A stretch of DNA of 64,000 bases from a virus. Position 1 is the stretch's first letter; each line of letters begins with the position of its first letter. The position numbers were made by a program, and so were the translations under genes. This document shows, piece after piece, positions 1 to 9,658 of this stretch. Under the pieces are notes generated by a model. That model saw only the letters and a list, made by a program, of their open reading frames with translations. It was not told where the DNA came from and searched no databases. The stretch is taken from the IMG/VR virus record IMGVR_UViG_3300020190_000008, one strand, 5' to 3'.

Positions 1-2795
1 ACATTAAATGTATTTCCAGAATTTGTTGTAAATGTTGCAATACCAGTAGAATTATCATAAGTACCTCCAGTTACTGTCATATCTGAAGAAAGTATTGCTA
101 AACTTACTGTGTAATCGTTACCATCATTAACAGACGCTGTTAAATCAAATGTTCCATTGTCAAATGTTAATCCAGTTAAAAAGTAATCTGTTTGAGAAGC
201 TACTGAAACAACATTACCAGACGCATCAACACCTAAATTTGAAACTGGTGTTGTTACACCAACTGTTTGGATATTTAATTGTGGAACATAAATTGTGTCG
301 TTTGTTGTACCAGTAATATTTTGTCCACCAATTACAGCTGATCTATTTCCTGTTACAACGTTTTGGTATCCACCAAGAATCATAGAACATAAACCTTCTG
401 CTATATTTTCTCCACCACCCGTGATAGCTGAACTATTTCCTATTGCCGTGTTTTTTACACCACCAAGTACCGAAGATTCAAAATTAAGCGCTGTGTTACA
501 TCTACCACCAGCAATTGTTGATCTATAACCAGATGCGGTATTTTTATATCCACCACTTATTGTGTTGTTTGTGCCATATGATGTATTAAATGAACCACCA
601 CCCACATTTGATCTAAAACCAAACGCTGTGTTATGTAAACCACCACCTACTGATGATTGTAAATTATATGTTTCATTACAATATCCACCACCAATTACCG
701 AAGCAAAACCATATGCTTTATTTCCAAATCCACCACCAATTGCGATACTTCCACCACAACCAGTATTACAACAACCACCAGCAACAGTATCACCCAAATT
801 ACAAGTTACATTTGTTCTACCACCACCTATAACAGTGTAACTACTAAATGTTTTATTATTACAACCACCATTGACTGTTGACCAATAACTATTACCACTT
901 ATAGAATTGTTTGCACCACCATTTATTACACCCATATATCCAAAGTTGTTGTTAGCAAAACCACCACCAACAAATGAATAACCACCACTAGCTTTATTAA
1001 CATAACCACCGGCAACAACATCACTATTACTATTTGCTTGGTTTAGAACACCACCACCAATTGTACTTGCGTAACCATTAGCATTATTATTATAACCAAA
1101 AACTGTAGTATATTGATTATTGGCATTGTTTGCTGTATTTTTTCTAACCGTAGATGAAACACCACCACCTTGTACTATTACAGCATCTTCAATTCCAGTT
1201 ATATCAACGATACCATTTTGTTGTTGGATTGTAAGTGTTGACGTTGATGGGGTGTAAAAACCACCAGTAACGTAAGTATCGGTATATCCAGTTAAGAAAC
1301 CAGTTACACTAAATGTACCACCAGAATTATTTGTAAATGTTGCGGTACCAGAATTTAAATCATATGTACCACCAGTCACTCTTAAATCACCGGCTAAAAT
1401 ACCTAAATTAACTGTGTATGCACTATAATTGTTTAATTCAACTGTTAAGTCGTAAGTACCTTGGTCAAATGTAAACCCAGTTGTAAAATAATCTGTTGCA
1501 CCAGTTGTAAATCCTGTGACAACAAAAGAACCACCTTGGTTATCTTCAAATGTTGCAGTACCTGTTGAATTATCGTATGTACCACCGGTAACATAAGTAT
1601 CAATAGATGTGAATCCAGTTACAAGAACTGTTGAGCCATCTGTATTTGTTAAAGTTAAATCACCAGCAGTAAATGTACCACCAGTTAAATATGTGTCTGT
1701 GTATCCAGTTGTAAATCCAGAAATTTGAACTGTATTTCCAGATGTATTTATAAATGTTACAACGCCAGTGTTAGCATTGTAAGTTCCACCAGTTAAACCT
1801 AAGTCAGTAGCTAAAACACCAAGATTAATTGTATCTGTAAACCCATCGTTTCTTCCAATAGTTAAATCAAAATTATTTGTGTCAAATGTTACACCAGTAA
1901 AATACTTATCTTGTAATCCAGAAATTGAAACATTTGTTCCGTTTTTCATTTCTAAAGTGAGTCCACCGGCATTATAGTTAAATGTACCACCAGTTACGTA
2001 ATTATCTTCTGTAACAAAACCAGATTGTACTACGTTACTACCATTACTATTAATTAATGTTAAAATACCAGTAACATTATCTAATGTTGAAGCACTTAAA
2101 AATATATCATTGTCACTACCAATCACAACATTGCCTTGAACATCAATACCTAAATTATTAATAGATGCCGTTGCTCCAACATTTTTAATGTTAAATTTAG
2201 GAACATAAACGGTGTCTGCGGATGTACCTGTTAAACCAGCACCACCAAGTATTACTGATCTTGCACCAGTTAATACGTTTGAATTTCCACCAATTGTTCC
2301 GGAATAATTACCACTAACTTTATTTTCTTGACCATTACCAACAAAAGAATTTACACCTCTTGCAATGTTATTATCCCCACCAACAATTGTTGAACCGGAC
2401 ATTGCTGTGTTATGGTCACCACCAAGAACATTAGATTTTAAATTTAGTGCTGTGTTATAATAACCACCACCAACAATTGTATAATCTGATTGTGCTGTGT
2501 TAAACGCACCTGCATTAACAACTGAAGATTTTCCATTTGCAAAGTTATTACACCCACCACCAATATTACTTAGTAATCCGTTAGTACGATTTAAGTAACC
2601 ACCATTTATGGTAGAATAATTACCGTTTGCTGTATTTCCTCTACCACCGGCTACTGTAGAATATTCTTTTTTTGCTGTATTCCCCCTACCCCCAGAAACG
2701 GTAGAATAAAGAGCTGAAGCAGAATTTGTTTGTCCACTTCTAACTGTTGTTGTTAATCCACCTACTGGATCTGTAATAATAACGTAATTTGGCAT
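1..2795 (-). CDS. Large repeat-rich fibre/adhesin-like virion protein, runs off the left edge (>931 aa); not in the ORF track
   Basis: Hand translation from ATG at 2795 (MPNYVIITDPVGG...) stays open to position 1. It has two blocks of ~14-aa SxIxGGxxNxAxG repeats (YadA-head/Hep_Hag-like) alternating with TGGTY/TGFT repeat blocks. Confidence 0.8.
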   Translation of the reverse strand, partial: MPNYVIITDPVGGLTTTVRSGQTNSASALYSTVSGGRGNTAKKEYSTVAGGRGNTANGNYSTINGGYLNRTNGLLSNIGGGCNNFANGKSSVVNAGAFNTAQSDYTIVGGGYYNTALNLKSNVLGGDHNTAMSGSTIVGGDNNIARGVNSFVGNGQENKVSGNYSGTIGGNSNVLTGARSVILGGAGLTGTSADTVYVPKFNIKNVGATASINNLGIDVQGNVVIGSDNDIFLSASTLDNVTGILTLINSNGSNVVQSGFVTEDNYVTGGTFNYNAGGLTLEMKNGTNVSISGLQDKYFTGVTFDTNNFDLTIGRNDGFTDTINLGVLATDLGLTGGTYNANTGVVTFINTSGNTVQISGFTTGYTDTYLTGGTFTAGDLTLTNTDGSTVLVTGFTSIDTYVTGGTYDNSTGTATFEDNQGGSFVVTGFTTGATDYFTTGFTFDQGTYDLTVELNNYSAYTVNLGILAGDLRVTGGTYDLNSGTATFTNNSGGTFSVTGFLTGYTDTYVTGGFYTPSTSTLTIQQQNGIVDITGIEDAVIVQGGGVSSTVRKNTANNANNQYTTVFGYNNNANGYASTIGGGVLNQANSNSDVVAGGYVNKASGGYSFVGGGFANNNFGYMGVINGGANNSISGNSYWSTVNGGCNNKTFSSYTVIGGGRTNVTCNLGDTVAGGCCNTGCGGSIAIGGGFGNKAYGFASVIGGGYCNETYNLQSSVGGGLHNTAFGFRSNVGGGSFNTSYGTNNTISGGYKNTASGYRSTIAGGRCNTALNFESSVLGGVKNTAIGNSSAITGGGENIAEGLCSMILGGYQNVVTGNRSAVIGGQNITGTTNDTIYVPQLNIQTVGVTTPVSNLGVDASGNVVSVASQTDYFLTGLTFDNGTFDLTASVNDGNDYTVSLAILSSDMTVTGGTYDNSTGIATFTTNSGNTFN

Positions 2796-2876
2796 TATTT
2801 ATTTTTTTTCTGTTTATTTTATCTATTTAATAAATATTAGGAATTATACAAAGTATCGATTTTTGTATAAAAAAAA

Positions 2877-5741
2877 TCAAGAACCAATTTCTGTTGCAAG
2901 ACAAATTTCCCCATTTTCTCTGATAAGTCTTGTCATATCATTAAATGATATATACGCATGACCACCAATTCCCCAAGATTTTCCCCAACTATTTTTTATT
3001 CTAAAAACTTTTTTTGTTAAATCAACACCATTTATAAGATAAGCATGTCCACCAACAAATTTACCAGTTAATTTTATGTTTCCAGACTTATTTGGGTAAA
3101 ACATTCCATTGTACCAGTTTGTACCAACTACGACTGGACCAACTTTTAAAACTGTATTTACAAGTGTTGGTAAATCAAATGCCCAATAATAAGATTTTAC
3201 TTTACCAATTTGTTGTAAATATTTTACACCACCCCTAACTGAAGTACCATTATAATTTTCACCAGGCCATTGGTCTAATTTTTGTGCGTTAAAATAAATT
3301 GTACTTGGTTTTACAACTGGCGGTATTCCAGATTGTTGTACCGGACCATCTTCTAACCAATGGGCCCAAGAATACCCAACACATTGTGGTAGGCTACCTT
3401 GATTTCCCCACCAACCATTTGCATCCCAAAATCTTTGTGTTAATATTTGTGGTTTTGATGAAATCGATTTAATTACACTTTGATTATTTTTTATTAAATA
3501 ATTTAAATCTCTTTTATCTTCAACATAGATTCTACCTAATTCAAATGGGATTGTTGTTGAACTTAATGGTGGTGTTTCAGTTTCACCACTTATTGTGTAT
3601 GTAAAATCATTTGTTAAACAAATTTCTGTATCACAATCTGGACAGAAAGGATTAAATAATCTGAATTTATCTTTTAATATATTAAAGTTATGTCTTACTT
3701 CTGATGAATCGAGTGGTTGGACATACATTCTGAATTGTGAAATAGCACCTTCAAATGTTCCACCAAATTCTTTTTCCAATAATATATTTGTTGTAAGACC
3801 AGACAATGATGTGCCAGATAAAACAGATGTTGGGAATAATTCAGGGTCCTGAATAAAATCACTACTTAAATTTTCACAAGTTGATGGAACTAAATTTTCG
3901 TGAAGTCCTTGTGTTCCACCACCCCAAGAAATATTAAAAGGAACACCAATTTGTTTTTCTTTATCTGTTGATAAAGCTCTTGGTATAATTTCTTCGAAAT
4001 CTTTTATTGTATAAATTAATTTTCCATTCACATATATTAAAAGTTTACCTTTTCTATATTTTTCATCTAAAACCCAAGTATCATTTAAATTTACGAGTTC
4101 TATTTGTTCCGCATCTTTTTTATCATTTGAATATGGTGGACTAATTAAACTAAATGTATTATTTGCTAAACTTTCTAAATAAAATTTCTTTGTTATATCA
4201 CCTAAACCACCGTACCACCACAAATCACAATTATCTAAATTTGTATTTCGTTTCCAAATAACATCTAATAAAAACCAATGTTCTTGTTCTATAAAAGCTG
4301 GATTTTGTTGTTCACAATAAGAATATATTGGTGGTGTACACCATTCTTGTATTGTGTAACCAGTAACAAAAGTAGTTCCAGTACCAGTAATTGTATTTCC
4401 AGTTGTCATACATTCACCAGTAAATCTTAAAACTTTAATACCAATTCCTGGATTTTGTGGGTCACCAGATAATTTGAATGAAATGTTATTGGACATCGAA
4501 TCAAATAACGGATTTTTTTCACAAGTATCTTCTACTGAAGTAAACCCAGATGTTGGACAATCTAAACAATCAACACACTTTTCACAAGTAGTACAAGTTG
4601 GTGTGCATTCTGGCAGTGGTGTATCACAACTTGGTGTTGGACTAGGAAGTGGTGTAGGTGTGGGTGTTGGTTGTATTACATCACCACAATAATGTGTCTG
4701 ACATTCCCAACCACAAGTTTCACAAGCAAATTGATTACAACCACATCCACAAGTTACCGCACTCATAGGATTACCTTTACAAGTACCACAACCATAATTT
4801 ATATGTGGGTCGTGAATACCATTTAACGAACGTGGTGGATAAAGATATATACACCTACTATTTGTAATATTTAAATTACAACAAGCACAAGTCTGTAAAC
4901 AATTAGCAAGTGGTGTTGTAACTCTTGTATAACCAGTAAAACATCTTGGTGTCCCATCGGCATAGTGGTAAAACTTATTTTCAGCTCTGGTCCCCCAATA
5001 AAAAAAAGTGTTTTTATTATTTGGGTATAATTCGTTTAATGTGGTTTCACCAGAATTAGGAATAAATTCGTCACATAATCTCGGTTTCAAAAGTAATTCA
5101 ATGCTCCAACCTTTATTCATTCTTTCTGGAAAAATATCATAATCAAAACCAAATAATTTATAAAAACCTTGATAGAACCCACCATATAATTCGTGGTAAA
5201 CACCTTCTGTTATTCCAGTCTTACTTATTACTTCGTATAATGTTTGAGCACTAAAAGCTTCAAACCTATTTAAATTTGTTGTGTGTCCTGTAACTTGAAA
5301 TAATTTTAATCTTCTATCATAATACATTCGATTAAACTTAACGCTATCTTCAAAGATACCATTTGTAAAATATATTGTTTGACCGCTCATTGTATCAACT
5401 AATCCGTTATCAATTCCAGTAAAACCAATATCACAAGATGTTGAGGCTGTTAATAAACAAAAATTTGAATTTTCTGGATTATAATAATTTTGTGAAACAA
5501 AAATATTATTTTTATTGTAATTTTTATATTTTAAATTAAGTTTTTGCGCTGTTAGGGTGTCGTTTATATCAAAATAAAAAGGAAGTTTATTACCATATGT
5601 TTGTGCAATAATATATGGTGAAAAAATAACCTCTTCTTTATAGTCTCTTTCGTCCGAAGCTAAGGACATATCCATACTATCAGATACTAAATCTATATTG
5701 ATTTTTTTATAAACATATTGATTAATATTCTGTTGGGACAT
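2877..5741 (-). CDS. Putative virion protein: LamG/concanavalin-like region with Cys-rich and Pro/Thr inserts, fused to a C-terminal papain-like (C1) cysteine peptidase
   Basis: LamG-like ending (IYVNGKL...FEGAISQFRMYVQPL). C1 motifs NQGSLPQCVGYSW, GGHAYLING and IKNSWG. Start moved to MSQQ (5741), which follows the TATTTAT motif. Confidence 0.7.
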   Translation of the reverse strand: MSQQNINQYVYKKINIDLVSDSMDMSLASDERDYKEEVIFSPYIIAQTYGNKLPFYFDINDTLTAQKLNLKYKNYNKNNIFVSQNYYNPENSNFCLLTASTSCDIGFTGIDNGLVDTMSGQTIYFTNGIFEDSVKFNRMYYDRRLKLFQVTGHTTNLNRFEAFSAQTLYEVISKTGITEGVYHELYGGFYQGFYKLFGFDYDIFPERMNKGWSIELLLKPRLCDEFIPNSGETTLNELYPNNKNTFFYWGTRAENKFYHYADGTPRCFTGYTRVTTPLANCLQTCACCNLNITNSRCIYLYPPRSLNGIHDPHINYGCGTCKGNPMSAVTCGCGCNQFACETCGWECQTHYCGDVIQPTPTPTPLPSPTPSCDTPLPECTPTCTTCEKCVDCLDCPTSGFTSVEDTCEKNPLFDSMSNNISFKLSGDPQNPGIGIKVLRFTGECMTTGNTITGTGTTFVTGYTIQEWCTPPIYSYCEQQNPAFIEQEHWFLLDVIWKRNTNLDNCDLWWYGGLGDITKKFYLESLANNTFSLISPPYSNDKKDAEQIELVNLNDTWVLDEKYRKGKLLIYVNGKLIYTIKDFEEIIPRALSTDKEKQIGVPFNISWGGGTQGLHENLVPSTCENLSSDFIQDPELFPTSVLSGTSLSGLTTNILLEKEFGGTFEGAISQFRMYVQPLDSSEVRHNFNILKDKFRLFNPFCPDCDTEICLTNDFTYTISGETETPPLSSTTIPFELGRIYVEDKRDLNYLIKNNQSVIKSISSKPQILTQRFWDANGWWGNQGSLPQCVGYSWAHWLEDGPVQQSGIPPVVKPSTIYFNAQKLDQWPGENYNGTSVRGGVKYLQQIGKVKSYYWAFDLPTLVNTVLKVGPVVVGTNWYNGMFYPNKSGNIKLTGKFVGGHAYLINGVDLTKKVFRIKNSWGKSWGIGGHAYISFNDMTRLIRENGEICLATEIGS

Positions 5742-5793
5742 CTTTTTTATTAATAAATACAACAAGTCAAAGTATTTATATTAAAACTGTTTT

Positions 5794-6909
5794 ATGATTG
5801 AGTTAGATAAAGAATATTTTAAAAAACCTTACTATTTCTTTTTGAAAGATAAAGGAAGTAAAATTTCATTGTATTATTCGGTTTCTAACACATTAAATGA
5901 AGCCAAGGAAAAAGATGAAAAAATCGATATACCGAAAACACAAGAAAAAAAAGTTAAAAATATTGTTGGCAATATTCTTAAAAGTGACAAAACATTTACT
6001 GCATCATCAATTAAAAATGCTTTTAAAAAATTGTTGGGTGATGCAAAAAAAGAAGTAGGCGAAACAAAACTTTTGGCTAAAATAATTGCTAAGTCTTTAA
6101 ACTCATACATTAAAGAAGGTGATTTAAATTTAGATGATGATGATGTTACATTTATAAAATCACAATCTAAAGATTTATTAAAAATTTTACCAATTGTTGT
6201 TTTTCAAGTTGTACCTGGTTCTACTATTGCAACACCATTTATTATCGCATTAGCTGAAAAAGTTGGTTTAAAGTTAACCAGTAAAATTCCAGAAAAATAT
6301 AAAAAAGAATCTAAAAAAGAAGGTGGTGAAATTGAAGAATTTGTTGACGTTGACGGTAGTATGTCAAGTTCTAACATTCCAATTTTAGATATGGGTCAAC
6401 ACACACAATGGACACAAGATATGAGAGCAACTCTTACTAGAATGGCCAGTGGTAATTTTCCATTTAAAGCTAGAATTTATTTTGGTGAAGGTAAAAAAAA
6501 TAAAAATATATTAGATGAAGAAGATTTTTCTGACGCATATGGGTATGAAGAAATTGATGATGACAATATAAAAACATTTAAAGGGTGTATTAGTGTTTTT
6601 AAAAATTTAGAAATCAAAGACCCGTTCGAAAGATATGAAAGATGTATGTCTTTTGGTTTTGACCCAGAATTAGACGAAGAAGGAAAACAAAGAATTGTTG
6701 AATTGAGGAAAGAAAAAATGAAACAAATGATTGATGAACTTCTTTTAAGTAAAAAATCAAAGGATAAGGACATTAAAACAAAAGATAGCGAAGACGATTC
6801 TCCAATTAATAAAATTTTGATGAGAAATTTAGAATCAATAAAAAAACTAGCAGATAAAGAAGGAATAAGTTTAGATAAATTAATAAAACACCTAGAAAAA
6901 AGTGAATAA
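5794..6909 (+). CDS. Hypothetical protein with an internal LETM1-like hydrophobic segment
   Basis: 371-aa ORF; QSKDLLKILPIVVFQVVPGSTIATPFIIAL resembles the LETM1-family motif. Confidence 0.55.
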   Translation: MIELDKEYFKKPYYFFLKDKGSKISLYYSVSNTLNEAKEKDEKIDIPKTQEKKVKNIVGNILKSDKTFTASSIKNAFKKLLGDAKKEVGETKLLAKIIAKSLNSYIKEGDLNLDDDDVTFIKSQSKDLLKILPIVVFQVVPGSTIATPFIIALAEKVGLKLTSKIPEKYKKESKKEGGEIEEFVDVDGSMSSSNIPILDMGQHTQWTQDMRATLTRMASGNFPFKARIYFGEGKKNKNILDEEDFSDAYGYEEIDDDNIKTFKGCISVFKNLEIKDPFERYERCMSFGFDPELDEEGKQRIVELRKEKMKQMIDELLLSKKSKDKDIKTKDSEDDSPINKILMRNLESIKKLADKEGISLDKLIKHLEKSE

Positions 6910-7372
6910 AGATTTATACGGAAAAACAATCCAGTTACCAAAAGAAATAACTGAATATCTTGAAACTTGTTTTAACCACGTTAGTAACTCTGATGCAAAC
7001 ACAGAAGGGCACAATAGAAATCAAGAATTAAGAAACACGGGTTATGTAACTTATCAACAACTTGGTAGAATAAAAAATTGGTTTGATAATTATAGTGGTG
7101 ACGGAAAAGATGCTCCATACATATTAAATGGTGCTGACTATATGAAAAGTTGGGTTGACAGAACACTTGACTCAATTAGAAATGGGGATCAAATGTCAAA
7201 ACAAATAAGGCAAGACTATCATCCAGAACCAATTGATAATAAATTAGTTGATGATATGGGTTGGTTAGCAGATATGAATAGACCATCAAAAGAACATAGT
7301 AAGTTCCAAGATGATATTAAAATAACAGAAAACCTTAAAAGGATAAACGAAATAATGAAAAAATTACTCTAA
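6902..7372 (+). CDS. Hypothetical protein
   Basis: 156-aa ORF, GTG start overlapping the upstream stop; C-terminal ITENLKRINEIMKK motif. Confidence 0.7.
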   Translation: MNKDLYGKTIQLPKEITEYLETCFNHVSNSDANTEGHNRNQELRNTGYVTYQQLGRIKNWFDNYSGDGKDAPYILNGADYMKSWVDRTLDSIRNGDQMSKQIRQDYHPEPIDNKLVDDMGWLADMNRPSKEHSKFQDDIKITENLKRINEIMKKLL

Positions 7373-7659
7373 TGGCAACAAGTGAAAGATTAGATTTTAG
7401 TCAACCAATGAATGATCTTGGTATGATTGGTGAAGATCAAAGAAAAAAATTAATCCCAAAAAATGACTATAAACCAACAAATTCATATTCAGCAACAAAT
7501 AAAGATGCAATATCTGATGGTGATGAATTTGGAAAAGGTACAGGAACTTTTTTGGATACCGCTAATGGTGGTTCGTCTACCGACATTTTTGAAAGGATTA
7601 ACGAAATAAAGATTAATGAATATCAAAAAGACAAACCATACACCACTCCAACGGCTTAA
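7372..7659 (+). CDS. Hypothetical protein
   Basis: 95 aa, TAATG coupling on both sides. Confidence 0.7.
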   Translation: MATSERLDFSQPMNDLGMIGEDQRKKLIPKNDYKPTNSYSATNKDAISDGDEFGKGTGTFLDTANGGSSTDIFERINEIKINEYQKDKPYTTPTA

Positions 7660-8039
7660 TGAAACTTTACAATGTATATAATAATCTTATTGTTGAAATA
7701 GCGTCTATAAATACAATTGTAGATGCTATTAAGAAACGACAACGGGTTATTGTTTACTATGATGGTGATGAACCAGGTGGTAAAGGTTTAAGAATTATTG
7801 AACCGGTTTGTTATGGTTATAGTAAGGCTGGTAATCCAGTATTAAGGGCTTGGGATTTGGAAGGTTCTTCGCATAGAGCGTATCTGGGTAAAAAACCGTT
7901 ACCGAGTTGGAGAATGTTTAGAATTGATAAGATTATAACCTTTAAACCTACAACTGAAACTTTTGACGAACCAAGACCAAATTATAATCCAGCTGGAGAT
8001 AAAAGTATGACAAGAGTAATAATAAACGCAGTATTTTAA
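7659..8039 (+). CDS. Stand-alone WYL-domain protein
   Basis: YY...RIIEPVCYG...LRAWD...WRMFRIDKI, WYL-domain pattern; no HTH. Confidence 0.75.
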   Translation: MKLYNVYNNLIVEIASINTIVDAIKKRQRVIVYYDGDEPGGKGLRIIEPVCYGYSKAGNPVLRAWDLEGSSHRAYLGKKPLPSWRMFRIDKIITFKPTTETFDEPRPNYNPAGDKSMTRVIINAVF

Positions 8040-8044
8040 ATTGT

Positions 8045-8638
8045 ATGAAATCAGAACAAGATATAATAAACAAACTTATGATTTCCAAAAAAATAATGGA
8101 AAAACATAATGAAATCGGTAGGGGTGGTTTACCACAACAAACAAATTTTAACATACCACAGGTTGACGAATTTCAACCAGTACAAGGAAATTACAACATT
8201 CCAAAAGAATTTTTATTAGAAAGTGAAGTAAAAATCCAAAATAATGTTTCACAAGGGACAACAGAAGAAAGAATCAAAAATTCAAAGTTACCTGACGAAA
8301 TAAAAAGACTTATGTTGGAACACCCAATTGAACAACCAACATCTTATAATGGTAGTGCAACATTATCTGATGAACTTGTTGAAAAAGCATCAAGATTAAT
8401 GGGGACAAATCAAACTCAAACACAAAACCCAGTTACACAACAAAAAACACAACAAATAAATACTAAAATAGATTATAGTGAAATTAGAGATATTGTTAGA
8501 GAAACTGTAGAAGATGTGTTGAAAGAAAATGGTTTACTTGTTGAATCAACAACAAGGTCTAACGAAGCTTTTAAATTTAGAGTTGGTAATCATATTTTTG
8601 AAGGTAAAGTAACAAATATTAAAAAAATACAGAAGTAA
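8045..8638 (+). CDS. Hypothetical protein
   Basis: 197-aa ORF in the operon, followed by a terminator. Confidence 0.7.
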   Translation: MKSEQDIINKLMISKKIMEKHNEIGRGGLPQQTNFNIPQVDEFQPVQGNYNIPKEFLLESEVKIQNNVSQGTTEERIKNSKLPDEIKRLMLEHPIEQPTSYNGSATLSDELVEKASRLMGTNQTQTQNPVTQQKTQQINTKIDYSEIRDIVRETVEDVLKENGLLVESTTRSNEAFKFRVGNHIFEGKVTNIKKIQK

Positions 8639-8659
8639 TTTAGTTTTTGCGTATCATCG

Positions 8660-8688
8660 AACCTCAACATAATTGTTGAGGTTTTTTT
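8660..8688 (+). terminator. Rho-independent terminator
   Basis: aacctcaaca-taat-tgttgaggtt followed by a T-run. Confidence 0.8.
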
Positions 8689-8743
8689 ATATTTAATAAA
8701 TTACCTTTTGATATTACTGGACTATTTATAAATAAAAATAGTT

Positions 8744-9658
8744 ATGGGTAAAAAAATTAATTTAGATGAAGATTTAGTAATTAAAGAATATTTGTCAGGT
8801 AAAAGTTCTTTAGGGCTGGCAAAAGAATTTAATGTGTCAAAACCAGTAATTCTTGGAATTTTAAAAAAAAATAATGTAACAAAAAAACGAGATAGGTGTA
8901 AATCACTAAAAATTGAAAAGGTTGGTGAAAAGTATATAACAAAAAGGATTTGTCCTAATTGTAAAAAAGAAACTGATGTTGCAACAACACACCCAACAAC
9001 AACTTGTAGAAACTATTTTAAAGCGCTCAATGAAAATTCTGTATGTAAAAAATGTTTGAGTGATGTTATGGTTGGGGAAAGAAATCCATTTTATGGAAAA
9101 AAACATTCAAAAGAGACAAAAGAACAAATTTCTAAAAGTAGAATAGGTAAAGCGACTGGTAAAAATAATTCTATGGCAAATCCAGAACATAGGAAAAAGG
9201 TAGCTGATATGATTAGAAAAAAATGGAAAAATGGCGAAATGGAACACGTTAGAAAAATTTTTTCTGAAACAATCAAAGAAACCAAAAGATTGGGAAAAAT
9301 TAAATCTGTAATAAGATCTAAAACAGAAAAACAAATTTTAAATAAAATAAAAAAATTAGGATATGAAGTAATTCATTCTTTTAAAATTGATACAAAAATT
9401 TGTGATATTTTTTTACCACAATTAAACTTAATAATAGAATACAATGGTGATTATTGGCATTGTAACCCAAACAAATATAGTAAAGAATATTTTCATCAAG
9501 TAAAAGGTATGACCGCTGAACAATTGTGGGAATACGACAAAAACAAGATTGACTTAATAAAAAATAAGGGTTATAATTTAGAAGTGGTTTGGGAATCAGA
9601 TTATAAATCAGATAAAACCATAATAAATAATCTAATTAAAAAATATGACAGAAAATAG
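8744..9658 (+). mobile_element. Free-standing homing endonuclease (NUMOD3 DNA-binding motif plus Vsr/DUF559-like nuclease domain)
   Basis: GERNPFYGKKHSKETKEQIS (NUMOD3), CxxC pairs, C-terminal IEYNGDYWHCNP...VVWESD. Confidence 0.75.

Noticed and set aside
295-840. Plus-strand Pro-rich ORFs 295..528 and 562..840
   Set aside because: Antisense shadows of the Gly-rich (GGT) fibre gene on the minus strand.
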